Shown in pieces: positions 16,530 to 25,801 of a DNA stretch of 64,000 nt. Made by a program: the position numbers and the translations under genes. Below the pieces are notes generated by a model that saw nothing but the letters and a program-made list of their open reading frames with translations, was not told where the DNA came from and did not search any database. The stretch is taken from positions 439,400-503,399 of the forward strand of contig CAYHBZ010000001.1 in assembly GCA_964355175.1 (NCBI GenBank), read 5' to 3'. Each line of letters begins with the position of its first letter. Position 1 is the first letter of the stretch. Origin of the DNA: an uncultured Gammaproteobacteria bacterium (GTDB lineage: Bacteria; Patescibacteriota; Patescibacteriia; Magasanikbacterales; GWA2-37-8).

Positions 16530-16606
16530 ATACTCTGATTCTTTATAAAGTTATAAATAGTACGCCTGGAGTGGCAAACTCCATTTCTTCAGTTAGTTGA
16601 GATAAA

Positions 16607-16643
16607 AAAGACGCCTTTTGATGAAGGCGTCCTACATTGTGCA
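16607..16643. repeat. 37-bp direct repeat, right copy, overlapping the tRNA-Arg 3' end and its terminator
   Basis: See the left copy. The last 4 nt overlap the tRNA 3' terminus. Confidence 0.6.
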
Positions 16644-16711
16644 CTCATTAGGAGTCGAACCTAAATTTTCGGCTTCGCAGGCCAATGTCCTATCCATTGA
16701 ACGATGAGTGC
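16640..16711 (-). tRNA. tRNA-Arg (anticodon GCG)
   Basis: Manual cloverleaf. Acceptor stem GCACTCA/TGAGTGC. D-loop AATGGATA. Anticodon stem TTGGC/GCCGA with loop CTGCGAA. T-arm TTAGG-TTCGACT-CCTAA. Discriminator A. 72 nt. Confidence 0.8.
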
Positions 16712-16770
16712 AAATTTAGCTTCAATACTGTACTAAAAAAAGTTGATTTTGTCAACTTTCTTAGTATTTT

Positions 16771-17274
16771 TTAAATTTTCATGATTCGGCCCATTCTGTC
16801 GCTGAGCGGCTCCTCCTCTTGTTCCAAATCCTCTTGCAAAAATTGATTCAAATAATCGCGAATCGGACGCGGATCAAAATCGTACAGAGGCACCTGAATG
16901 CGGTGATGCAACAGGCTATCCTGACTAAAATATAAATTTTTGGTAAAGGGCGGATTATAAATTATCCAAAAATTGTTTAATTCACTGTAGCGATAATACT
17001 TTTTGCCCACCACTATGCCGGTATTGGTAAGAGCGAAATACACTTCCATCGGCTCTACCATATCCTGCATAAATAAAATGATACCAAAAAGGACAGTGAT
17101 AAGCGCGAACAAATAATTGCCCGACACTACACCGTAGGCGACCATCGCGGCGCCAAGCAGTCCCATGGCTACGTACCAACCTTTTCCGCGTTCGTGCCGT
17201 TCGTATTCTTTCACACTCCATTCGTATTGCACGTTTCCGATATTGACGTCGGAATTTAAAATATTTTGCGACAT
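16771..17274 (-). CDS. Hypothetical membrane protein, 2 TM
   Basis: 167-aa ORF between two tRNAs. Hydrophobic segments with an acidic C-terminus. Confidence 0.45.
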   Translation of the reverse strand: MSQNILNSDVNIGNVQYEWSVKEYERHERGKGWYVAMGLLGAAMVAYGVVSGNYLFALITVLFGIILFMQDMVEPMEVYFALTNTGIVVGKKYYRYSELNNFWIIYNPPFTKNLYFSQDSLLHHRIQVPLYDFDPRPIRDYLNQFLQEDLEQEEEPLSDRMGRIMKI

Positions 17275-17291
17275 ATTGAAAATTTGACCAG

Positions 17292-17365
17292 TGGATGATA
17301 CTGGATTTGAACCAGTGACCTTTGCAATGTGAATGCAACGCTCTAACCAACTGAGCTAATCATCC
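17292..17365 (-). tRNA. tRNA-Val (anticodon CAC)
   Basis: Manual cloverleaf. Acceptor stem GGATGAT/ATCATCC. D-arm GCTC-AGTTGGTTA-GAGC. Anticodon stem TTGCA/TGCAA with loop TTCACAT. T-arm ACTGG-TTCAAAT-CCAGT. Discriminator A. Confidence 0.75.
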
Positions 17366-17432
17366 TAAAAAAGGATTACAAAGGGTTGTTTTCATATTAT
17401 CACATGGTAATAAAAAAATCAACTGAAAAAGG

Positions 17433-17461
17433 TTGCCAAATCACATTTTTTGTGCTATAAT
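17433..17461 (+). promoter_or_regulatory. Consensus promoter of the LCP gene
   Basis: TTGCCA-17 nt-TATAAT. The ATG at 17474 is about 5-6 nt after the predicted transcription start, so the mRNA is near-leaderless. Confidence 0.5.
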
Positions 17462-17473
17462 TTTTTTACTTCT

Positions 17474-18958
17474 ATGATTGAAAAAGAACCGATAAACTTA
17501 TTACAGCCCCAAACATTGGAGCAAGAAGAGCCAAAGCCAAAAAAGAAAAAATTCCTTTGGCTATTTTTAATTATTGCCGTTTTATTGGTCGTGGGCTGTA
17601 AAGTACAGCGCACTCTCACCCTTTCGGCCTGGCCCAACGACGCCACCAATTACGACTTGAAGACTTTGAAACCCAAAAATGTGGGTGTGCTTGAGACCGT
17701 AAAAAACTTTATTTTGCATTCTGATAATATCTTGGACGGCCAAAAAGATGACCGTATCAATATTTTATTGCTAGGAATTGGCGGTCCTGGACATGATGGC
17801 GCCTATTTATCCGATACCAACATTATTTTGAGCATTAAGCCAAGCACTCAGGAAGTCGCTTTGATTTCTATACCGCGTGATTTGGGTGTGCCTATTGCCG
17901 GACACGGTGTGCGCAAAATAAACTCGGCCGATGCTTTTGGCGAAGCTGAAAACCCAAGATTTGGTGGTGAATATGCGCGTCAAGTTTTTGAAAAAAACTT
18001 TGGCTTGGATATCCCCTACTATGTACGCGTAGATTTCAAAGCTTTCCAGGAAATAGTAGACGAAGTGGGTGGTGTGACTGTAAATGTGCCACGCACTTTT
18101 TCCGATTCGGAATTCCCGGGTGAAAATTTTTCTTATCGCACCATTAGTTTTACTGCCGGAATACAGACCCTGAACGGCGCCAAGGCGCTAGATTTTGCCC
18201 GCAGTCGCCATGGTAATAATGGCGAGGGCTCTGATTTTGCCCGCAGTCGCCGCCAACAAATTATTTTATCGGCCCTGAAAGAAAAACTTTTATCTTTTGG
18301 CACTTATACCAATCCGGTGCATGTGCAAAATATTCTCACTTCCCTTTCCAACCACATTACTACCAATTTAAATTTTGGTCAGATGATGTATTTGGCTAGC
18401 ATGGCCAAGGAGGCGAATAACGAAATTAAAAATTTAGTGATTGATAATGGCAATAATGGTTTTCTCAAATCCTATATCGCCGACAGTGGTGCTTTTATGC
18501 TGGGGCCGACTACCGGAAACTTTGATCAGATAAATTTGGCAATGAAAAATGTCTTTGAAGAAAACCTCGCCAAACCGGGCCAAAATCTGGTCGAACAAAA
18601 CAAAACCATCTTCCCAAGTGGCAGAGTGCAGGTACTCAATGGTACCTGGCGCGCCGGACTGGCGGCCAAATATCAGCATGATTTGGAAAATGTTGGGCTC
18701 TCTACTCTCTCCTCTGGTAATAGCCCACGCCGTCCGATAGATGTTACTTCCATATATGTAATTAATCCAAAAGTTTCACCAGATGTTATCAAGGCTGTTC
18801 AAGCCGCCGTCCCTGGCCAGCTCAAAGTGGGCGCACCGGACTGGCTATTGGCGTCGAGCACTACCGCTGTTTACGGTAGCGCCTCTTCTACCGCCAATTT
18901 GAATTTTAACCCGGAAGCCGATATACTGTTAATATTAGGAACTGATATAAAAAATTAA
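17474..18958 (+). CDS. LytR-CpsA-Psr (LCP) family cell-envelope phosphotransferase
   Basis: N-terminal TM. RINILLLGIG...DTNIILS...IPRD core. LytR_C-like C-terminus. Start moved from the track's 17450 to ATG 17474. Confidence 0.8.
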   Translation: MIEKEPINLLQPQTLEQEEPKPKKKKFLWLFLIIAVLLVVGCKVQRTLTLSAWPNDATNYDLKTLKPKNVGVLETVKNFILHSDNILDGQKDDRINILLLGIGGPGHDGAYLSDTNIILSIKPSTQEVALISIPRDLGVPIAGHGVRKINSADAFGEAENPRFGGEYARQVFEKNFGLDIPYYVRVDFKAFQEIVDEVGGVTVNVPRTFSDSEFPGENFSYRTISFTAGIQTLNGAKALDFARSRHGNNGEGSDFARSRRQQIILSALKEKLLSFGTYTNPVHVQNILTSLSNHITTNLNFGQMMYLASMAKEANNEIKNLVIDNGNNGFLKSYIADSGAFMLGPTTGNFDQINLAMKNVFEENLAKPGQNLVEQNKTIFPSGRVQVLNGTWRAGLAAKYQHDLENVGLSTLSSGNSPRRPIDVTSIYVINPKVSPDVIKAVQAAVPGQLKVGAPDWLLASSTTAVYGSASSTANLNFNPEADILLILGTDIKN

Positions 18959-18961
18959 AAT

Positions 18962-20335
18962 ATGTCTACACCCGCAAAAATAGTTGATTGGAATCTGCCG
19001 ACAGTCGCACTCGTAGGACGCGTGAACGTAGGCAAGTCTACTTTATTTAATCGTCTCACTGAAAGCACCCAAGCTTTAGTTTCCGATATTCCCGGCACCA
19101 CTCGTACTCGCAATTCCGCGCAGGCTATTTGGCGTGGTAAACAAATCCGCATCGTGGATACCGGTGGTCTTACTTTTTCCGATGAAGTATTGCTAGAAAA
19201 AGATATTATCAAACAAACCGAAGCTGCTCTCAAAGAAGCCAATGTCATAGTTTTTGTCACCGATATTCGCGATGGCTTATTGCCTCAAGAAAAAGAATTG
19301 GCCAAATTGTTATTGCAAAAGAAAAAGAATTGTCCGATTATTTTTGTGGCCAACAAAGCGGATAATCCTCTGGACCAATCCCTAAAATACGAACGCGCTT
19401 GGCTCAAACTTGGCTTTGGCGCGCCCATGGCCATATCCGCGCAAAATGGTTCAGGTCTCGGTGAACTGATGGAAGAAATTTTCAAACATTTGAAAAAAAA
19501 TCCAAAGAAACCAAAAGTTGTTCCAGATATAAATCCAATCAAAGTAGCCTTAATCGGCAAACCAAACGTCGGTAAATCCGCGCTATTTAATAAATTAATT
19601 GGCGAGGATAGAGTAATTGTCAGCGACATGGCCCATACTACTCGTGAACCACACGACACTCTAGTAGAAGTTGATGGTGATCATATTTTATTTATCGACA
19701 CCGCCGGTATTCGTCGCAAAGCCAAAGTTGGCGGCCACTTAGAGCGCCAGGGTATTGGCAAAAGTATTGAAGCGATGAAACGCGCCGACATTGTTTTGTT
19801 TTTACTCGACACCACTTCCCCGATTACGGATCAGGACCAACAGCTTGGCGGTTTGCTACGCGAGAGCACCAAGAGTGTAATCATCGTGGTAAATAAATGG
19901 GATCTCAGCGATGAAAATACCGATGATTTCCGCAACGAGGTCAAAAAAGATATCCTTAAACAATTCCCGCATATTAGTTACGCGCCGATTGTGTTTGTCA
20001 GCGCGGCTACAAACTACCGCATCCACCAAATCTTCCCACTGATCAAACGCGCCTACGCCGAACGCCAGACAGTGATTGATGAAGAAACTATCGAAGCCTT
20101 CATAAAAGGCATGGTCAAAAAACACCTCCCATCGCGCGGCAAAGGTGTGCGCCATCCGCAAATAAAAGGCTTTCACCAGATCAATGCCGGCCCACCAATT
20201 TTTGAATTGTTTATCAAATACAAAACTTCGCTCAATATCTCTTACGTCCACTTTTTGGAAAATCGTTTGCGTGAACAATTTAGTTTTTTTGCCGCGCCGA
20301 TTATTATCAAATTGACCAAAACTAAGAGAACTTAA
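18962..20335 (+). CDS. der: Ribosome biogenesis GTPase Der (EngA)
   Basis: Two G domains (GRVNVGKST and GKPNVGKSA) plus a KH-like C-terminus. Confidence 0.9.
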   Translation: MSTPAKIVDWNLPTVALVGRVNVGKSTLFNRLTESTQALVSDIPGTTRTRNSAQAIWRGKQIRIVDTGGLTFSDEVLLEKDIIKQTEAALKEANVIVFVTDIRDGLLPQEKELAKLLLQKKKNCPIIFVANKADNPLDQSLKYERAWLKLGFGAPMAISAQNGSGLGELMEEIFKHLKKNPKKPKVVPDINPIKVALIGKPNVGKSALFNKLIGEDRVIVSDMAHTTREPHDTLVEVDGDHILFIDTAGIRRKAKVGGHLERQGIGKSIEAMKRADIVLFLLDTTSPITDQDQQLGGLLRESTKSVIIVVNKWDLSDENTDDFRNEVKKDILKQFPHISYAPIVFVSAATNYRIHQIFPLIKRAYAERQTVIDEETIEAFIKGMVKKHLPSRGKGVRHPQIKGFHQINAGPPIFELFIKYKTSLNISYVHFLENRLREQFSFFAAPIIIKLTKTKRT

Positions 20336-20336
20336 A

Positions 20337-20882
20337 ATGAACATGAAATTAATTATTGCTTTGGGCAACCCTGGCCGAGAATATGAAATGACCCGACATA
20401 ATGCCGGTTGGTTGGCTTTGGATAAATTAATCAAAGAAGAAAATTTGATCGGCAAAAAATTACCAAAAGCTCACTCGGAAGTTTTTGATTTGAAGATTGA
20501 ACGCGAAAAAATATTATTGGCCAAACCGCAAACTTTCATGAATGATTCCGGCTTGGCGGTAATGGAACTGATGAAATTTTATAAATTGACCAACAAAGAT
20601 ATTATCGTGATTCACGATGATAAAGACATTCCTGCTGGTGATATTCGTGTCCAGACCGATCGCGGCGCCGCCGGACACAATGGCATCAAATCCGTGATAG
20701 AGCGTTTGGGCACCAAAGATTTTACCCGCATCCGCATCGGTGTTGGCCCAATCGGCGAAGAAAAAATTCAAGTTATTAGCAACTTTGTTTTAAATAAATT
20801 CACTAAGGAGGAATTTAAAGTATTACAAACCGGGCTTGATAGTACCATAAAGGAAATCAAGCGACTCTCCTTGGTGGCGTAA
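20337..20882 (+). CDS. pth: Peptidyl-tRNA hydrolase
   Basis: LIIALGNPGREYEMTRHNAGW motif. Confidence 0.9.
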   Translation: MNMKLIIALGNPGREYEMTRHNAGWLALDKLIKEENLIGKKLPKAHSEVFDLKIEREKILLAKPQTFMNDSGLAVMELMKFYKLTNKDIIVIHDDKDIPAGDIRVQTDRGAAGHNGIKSVIERLGTKDFTRIRIGVGPIGEEKIQVISNFVLNKFTKEEFKVLQTGLDSTIKEIKRLSLVA

Positions 20883-20891
20883 TTTTAAATT

Positions 20892-21992
20892 GTGAATTAT
20901 CAAGCTTGGTTGGCCCACTTCCCCAAGATCACTTATATTCGATACGCCCGACTCCGGGCGTATTTTGGCGATCTAAAAAATTTGTATGCCGCCGAGCTGG
21001 ATGAAGTAGTGAAAGCAGGTATCGAAGAAAATATCGCTGTGGAATTTTTGACTTGGCGTGATAAAAATCCAATAGAAAAAATTTTGGAGCGTATGGAAAA
21101 AGAAAACATCCGCGCGGTTTCTTTGGGCGAGCCTGATTATCCTCCCCTACTTTCTCAAATCAATGATCCGCCTCACACTTTATTTGTACGCGGCACTCTG
21201 CCCTCTTGCGACCAGCCAACTTTGGGCGTGGTAGGTACGCGTCGTTTTACTACTTACGGCAAAGTAGCTTGCGAAGATATGGTCACACCGCTAGCGGCAC
21301 AGGGCATAGTGATTGTGAGCGGCCTGGCTCTAGGTATCGACGGTATTGCTCACAGTGCCACCCTGGAAGCGGGCGGTACCACTATTGCCGTACTAGGATC
21401 GGGAATAAATAAATCTCATGTTTTCCCATCGACTCACAAACTCTTGGCCGAAAAAATTATTGCCACTGGCGGGGCCGTAATATCAGAATATCCGGTAGAT
21501 TTTTTACCAACTCAATATTCTTTTCCGGCGCGCAATCGAATTATTGCCGGGCTATCTTTGGGCACTTTAGTCATCGAAGCACCACTCAAATCCGGCGCAC
21601 TCATCACTGCCCGCTGTGCTCTAGATTACAATCGCGAAGTCATGTGTGTGCCCCACGCAATCACCTCGCCTACCGGAGCCGGACCAAACAACCTGATAAA
21701 ATTCGGCGCCAAAATGGTCACCGAACCAAATGATATTTTGGAAACGCTGAATCTGCAAGAAATAAAACAAATTATTCCGGTAAAAAAAGAAAAAATAGAT
21801 ATAAATACTCCTGAAGGAAAAATATTAAACTGCCTGACCAAAGAGCCTAAAAATATAAACGAGATAATTCTGAAAACAAAAATAGATAGTGCCACCATGA
21901 GTGCCACACTGACCATCATGGAAATAAAAGGGCAAATAAAAAATCTAGGTGGTAGGTGGAATGAATTATATAAAAAAATAATCCCGACTTAG
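20892..21992 (+). CDS. dprA: DNA processing protein DprA/Smf
   Basis: Rossmann core LGVVGTRR..GLALGIDGIAH..VLGSG plus a winged-helix C-terminus. GTG start. Confidence 0.85.
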   Translation: MNYQAWLAHFPKITYIRYARLRAYFGDLKNLYAAELDEVVKAGIEENIAVEFLTWRDKNPIEKILERMEKENIRAVSLGEPDYPPLLSQINDPPHTLFVRGTLPSCDQPTLGVVGTRRFTTYGKVACEDMVTPLAAQGIVIVSGLALGIDGIAHSATLEAGGTTIAVLGSGINKSHVFPSTHKLLAEKIIATGGAVISEYPVDFLPTQYSFPARNRIIAGLSLGTLVIEAPLKSGALITARCALDYNREVMCVPHAITSPTGAGPNNLIKFGAKMVTEPNDILETLNLQEIKQIIPVKKEKIDINTPEGKILNCLTKEPKNINEIILKTKIDSATMSATLTIMEIKGQIKNLGGRWNELYKKIIPT

Positions 21993-22003
21993 TCGGGATT
22001 ATT
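21977..22003. terminator. Bidirectional terminator, AATCCCGAC/GTCGGGATT family
   Basis: 12-bp stem AATAATCCCGAC-tta-GTCGGGATTATT followed by a T-run. Confidence 0.55.
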
Positions 22004-22009
22004 TTAATT

Positions 22010-22816
22010 TTATTTATTTTCAGGATTTTTTCTGGTCATCCGAAACCATCCTGTCGCTTTCTTCCATAAACCAGGATCGGCCTCTACCGCTCTCTCTTCA
22101 GCGACCAGATCAATCTTTGAACTTGGCGCCTGCATTCTAACTTCACCTACTTTAGTAATATTTTGACCTTTTCTCAGACCCTGGCCTTTCATATTTATTA
22201 AATCAACTTCTACTACTGGCCTACTTTCGCCAATTTGAGCTCTTAATTCCACAGTCAGCGTTGCCAACGGCGCAAGATCTTCCATTTTCCAAGCACCAAC
22301 CGGATCATTTTCTCCTCCAAATAATTCTTTTACAAATTCTTTAAATTCTTTAACATCCTCAAATTTTTTATTACCCATCCAACGCTTAATAAAACCCACC
22401 ACCTCAGCTTCACGGTTACTTTTTACATCATCAAATACATGACTTAATTCAACCGGATCAACCACAACTTCTTTTTGTTTACCTTTAGATGTATCTGATT
22501 TAGTTTGCACCAAACGGTCGCGCAAATCTCCTAAGTCAAATTCGGTAACAGTATCTACTTTAGGATTTATAGGCTTTGTGACTACACGAGACACAACCGG
22601 AGTTTTTTCATCATCGTCCAATGGTTCTATTGGTTCTATACTTGGATCTTGAGGAACATCAAAAAATTTAACTGGCCCAGACACTTGATCGTCGATTAAC
22701 TCTGCACCGGTATCAGAACGTTTGATTGCCGGAATACTTACACGAGCGTCTCCAGAACACTCACCTGTGCGATGCGCTCCTTGGCAAACTCTACAGATTG
22801 ATTTTCCTTCATTCAT
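22010..22816 (-). CDS. Hypothetical protein with N-terminal CxxC Zn-ribbon-like motif
   Basis: Likely start MNEGKSICRVCQGAHRTGEC. The track ORF extends to 22849. No recognisable family. Confidence 0.4.
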   Translation of the reverse strand: MNEGKSICRVCQGAHRTGECSGDARVSIPAIKRSDTGAELIDDQVSGPVKFFDVPQDPSIEPIEPLDDDEKTPVVSRVVTKPINPKVDTVTEFDLGDLRDRLVQTKSDTSKGKQKEVVVDPVELSHVFDDVKSNREAEVVGFIKRWMGNKKFEDVKEFKEFVKELFGGENDPVGAWKMEDLAPLATLTVELRAQIGESRPVVEVDLINMKGQGLRKGQNITKVGEVRMQAPSSKIDLVAEERAVEADPGLWKKATGWFRMTRKNPENK

Positions 22817-22850
22817 ATAATAATATTTATACCAAAATTCTACCACCAAA

Positions 22851-22879
22851 TTGACATTTCTGTCAAAATGGATTATTGT
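22851..22879 (+). promoter_or_regulatory. Putative topA promoter inside the palindrome TTGACATTTCTGTCAA
   Basis: TTGACA-17-TATTGT. The -35 element is part of a 16-bp palindrome. Confidence 0.3.
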
Positions 22880-22900
22880 TGAGTCAAATAATTTTGTCTT

Positions 22901-24955
22901 ATGTCCAAACTTGTTATCGTAGAGTCACCAGCTAAAGCTAGAACTATTTCCAAATTTTTGGGAAGAAAATTCGTGGTCAAATCTTCTTTTGGCCATGTTC
23001 GCGATCTTCCAAAAAGTAAAATGGGGGTAGATGTAAACAATAATTTTGAACCTCATTATATTGTCAGCCGCGACAAAAGCAAAGTAGCCAAAGAACTCAA
23101 AGCCGACGCCAAAGGCACCGACGAAATCCTATTCGCTACCGATGAAGACCGTGAAGGAGAAGCTATTTCTTGGCATTTGGCGCAAATTTTGGGAGTAGAT
23201 CCAGCCAAAGCCAAACGTATTGTTTTCCACGAAATTACCAAAACCGCGATTGAAGAAGCAATAAAAAATCCCCGTCCGCTAGATCTCAAAATGGTAGATG
23301 CCCAACAAGCTCGCCGCGTACTAGATAGACTGGTGGGTTATGAACTCTCCCCATTCCTCTGGCGCAAAGTAGCCAAAGGATTGTCCGCCGGTCGTGTACA
23401 AAGTGTAGCCATGCGTCTCACCGTGGAGCGTGAACGCGAAATTTTGGCTTTCAAACCAGAAGAATATTGGACAGTGGAAGGTGTTTTTGCCAATACTCAA
23501 AAAATAAATTTCAACGCTAAATTATCAGCCACTCCAGAAAAAAAACTGGAAAAATTGGATATTGCCAATCAAGAAATGGCTGACAAAATCATGGCCGATC
23601 TCAAGGGCGCTTCCTATATAGTAAACGAAGTCGAAAAAAAGACCACTCACCGCAACCCACCACCTCCATTTACCACTTCTACTATTCAGCAAGATGCCAA
23701 CAATCGTCTAGGCTTTTCTGCCAAGCAAACAATGCGCCTGGCCCAACAACTATACGAAGGTATGGAAGTTGGCTCCGAAGGCTCGGTCGGTCTTATTACC
23801 TATATGCGTACCGATTCGGTAAACATGGCCCAGAAATTTTTGACCGACGCTCACGGTGTAATCAAAGCCGATTTTGGTGATAAATATTTGGTAGACAAAC
23901 CTCGTATTTATACCAATAAAAGTAAAAACGCTCAGGAAGCCCATGAAGCTATCCGTCCTACTGAAGCCGGCCGCACCCCAGATATTGTAAAACCATTTTT
24001 GGATAAAAATCAATTCAAACTTTATGAATTGATTTGGAACCGCGCGATGGCCACTCAGATGAATGCTGCCGAAATTTCCTCTACTGGCGCTAATATCGTT
24101 TCTCAAAATAAATATACTTTCCGTGCTACCGGACAATTTGTAGTGTTCGATGGTTATCTCAAATTATACCCAGATAAAAACAAAGACAACTCTTTGCCAA
24201 ATTTGGAAAATGGTCAAAAGGTAGAATGCCAAGAATTAAAGCCCGAGCAACATTTCACCGAACCGCCAGCACGCTATAATGACGCCGCTTTGGTAAAAGC
24301 ACTGGAAGAACACGGCATTGGCCGCCCTTCTACTTATGCGCCGACTATCGCCACCATCGAAGACCGTGGCTACGTAGAGCGTGATGAAAAAAAACGCCTG
24401 AAACCACGCGACATTGCTTTTACCGTGAATGATCTTTTGGTACAACATTTCCCAAATATTGTAGATTTAGAATTCACCGCCAAAATGGAAGAAAGTTTTG
24501 ATGAAATTGCTCGCGGTGAAAAAGAATGGCAACCAGTGATTGGTGAATTTTATTTCCCTTTCAAAGAAAATCTCAAAGTAAAAGAAACGGAAATTGCCGA
24601 AAAAGTAAAAATACCAGACGAAACCACCGACGAAGTCTGTGAAAAATGCGGCAAACCAATGGTCATAAAAAATGGCCGCTTTGGAAAATTCATGGCTTGC
24701 TCCGGCTATCCTGATTGTAAGACTACCAAAAATATTGCCAATCTTACCGGCGTAAAGTGTCCAAAATGCAATCAAGGCGAATTAGCCGGTCGCAAAAGTA
24801 AACGCGGTAAAATGTTTTATGGCTGCAACCGTTATCCAAATTGCGACTTCGCGCTTTGGGACAAACCAACCGGTGACAAATGCGAAAAATGTGGATCGCT
24901 AATCACCCAAACTTTCAAAGGCGAAGTAAAATGTTCCAACAAGGAGTGTAAATAA
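22901..24955 (+). CDS. topA: DNA topoisomerase I
   Basis: TOPRIM domain (IVESPAKA), active-site Tyr region, and three C-terminal C4 zinc ribbons. Confidence 0.95.
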   Translation: MSKLVIVESPAKARTISKFLGRKFVVKSSFGHVRDLPKSKMGVDVNNNFEPHYIVSRDKSKVAKELKADAKGTDEILFATDEDREGEAISWHLAQILGVDPAKAKRIVFHEITKTAIEEAIKNPRPLDLKMVDAQQARRVLDRLVGYELSPFLWRKVAKGLSAGRVQSVAMRLTVEREREILAFKPEEYWTVEGVFANTQKINFNAKLSATPEKKLEKLDIANQEMADKIMADLKGASYIVNEVEKKTTHRNPPPPFTTSTIQQDANNRLGFSAKQTMRLAQQLYEGMEVGSEGSVGLITYMRTDSVNMAQKFLTDAHGVIKADFGDKYLVDKPRIYTNKSKNAQEAHEAIRPTEAGRTPDIVKPFLDKNQFKLYELIWNRAMATQMNAAEISSTGANIVSQNKYTFRATGQFVVFDGYLKLYPDKNKDNSLPNLENGQKVECQELKPEQHFTEPPARYNDAALVKALEEHGIGRPSTYAPTIATIEDRGYVERDEKKRLKPRDIAFTVNDLLVQHFPNIVDLEFTAKMEESFDEIARGEKEWQPVIGEFYFPFKENLKVKETEIAEKVKIPDETTDEVCEKCGKPMVIKNGRFGKFMACSGYPDCKTTKNIANLTGVKCPKCNQGELAGRKSKRGKMFYGCNRYPNCDFALWDKPTGDKCEKCGSLITQTFKGEVKCSNKECK

Positions 24956-24964
24956 TCGGCTAAT

Positions 24965-24993
24965 CTTGACAAAAACCCATATTTAGGCTAAGA
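24965..24993 (+). promoter_or_regulatory. rplA promoter
   Basis: TTGACA-17-TAAGAT. It precedes an about 70-nt leader holding a small hairpin TCCGATCTAATCGGGA. Confidence 0.45.
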
Positions 24994-25075
24994 TATAAAC
25001 AATTAATTAGGTGGGATCTCGACCACTCGAGAGTTTGTACCACTAAGTTCCGATCTAATCGGGATTAAAAAAATT

Positions 25076-25762
25076 ATGGCTAAATTAAATAAGCGCGCAG
25101 CCGCCAATGCTGCCAAGGTAGATAAAAACAAAGTCTACTCTATCGATGAAGCTATCAAGCTCATCAAAGAAACTTCCGGCGTTAAATTTGACGCTAGTGT
25201 AGAAGTGCACGCCAATTTGGGTATTGATCCAAAAAAAGGCGAACAGCAGATTCGCTCCACAGTAGTATTGCCTCACGGTATTGGCAAGACCAAGAAGATC
25301 GCTGTGTTCGTTTCTTCCGATAAAGAAAAAGAAGCCAAAGAATCCGGCGCTGACGTAATCTACATGGAAGAAGATATCAAAAAATTAAAAGATACCGGCA
25401 AAATCGACTTTGAAATTGCCGTGACTACTCCAGACATGATGCCAAAAATGGCCGCGGTGGCCAAAGTGCTTGGTCCAAAAGGTTTGATGCCAAACCCAAA
25501 GACTGAAACTGTCGGACCAAACTTGAAAAAAATGGTTGATGAATTAAAAAGAGGTAAAATCACTTTCAAAAATGATGACACTTCTAATATCCACCAATTA
25601 GTTGGCAAAGTAAGTTTTGATGAAGCGAAACTAAAAGAAAATATCACTATTTTCGTGGATGCTTTGAAAAAAGCCAAGCCAAGCTCTTCCAAAGGAACTT
25701 ACATAAAAAATCTCGTGCTCTGTTCCACTATGGGACCAGCAATACGATTGAGTGAGAACTAA
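25076..25762 (+). CDS. rplA: 50S ribosomal protein L1
   Basis: 228-aa L1 sequence (MAKLNKRAAANAAKVDKNKVYSIDEAIKLIKE). Confidence 0.9.
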   Translation: MAKLNKRAAANAAKVDKNKVYSIDEAIKLIKETSGVKFDASVEVHANLGIDPKKGEQQIRSTVVLPHGIGKTKKIAVFVSSDKEKEAKESGADVIYMEEDIKKLKDTGKIDFEIAVTTPDMMPKMAAVAKVLGPKGLMPNPKTETVGPNLKKMVDELKRGKITFKNDDTSNIHQLVGKVSFDEAKLKENITIFVDALKKAKPSSSKGTYIKNLVLCSTMGPAIRLSEN

Positions 25763-25770
25763 AATAATAC

Positions 25771-25799
25771 ACCCCTCAATTTTTGAGGGGTGTTTTTTC
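25771..25799 (+). terminator. rplA terminator
   Basis: CCCCTCAA-ttt-TTGAGGGG followed by TGTTTTTT. Confidence 0.6.
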
Positions 25800-25801
25800 G
25801 T

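Noticed and set aside
16982-17350. ORF 16982-17350 overlapping tRNA-Val and the membrane-protein gene
   Set aside because: It overlaps a clear tRNA.
17450-17473. Track start MCYNFFTS for the LCP gene
   Set aside because: A non-ATG start inside the -10 element is not credible. The ATG at 17474 follows the promoter correctly.
24236-24775. Minus-strand ORFs inside topA
   Set aside because: They are antisense to a conserved gene and low complexity.
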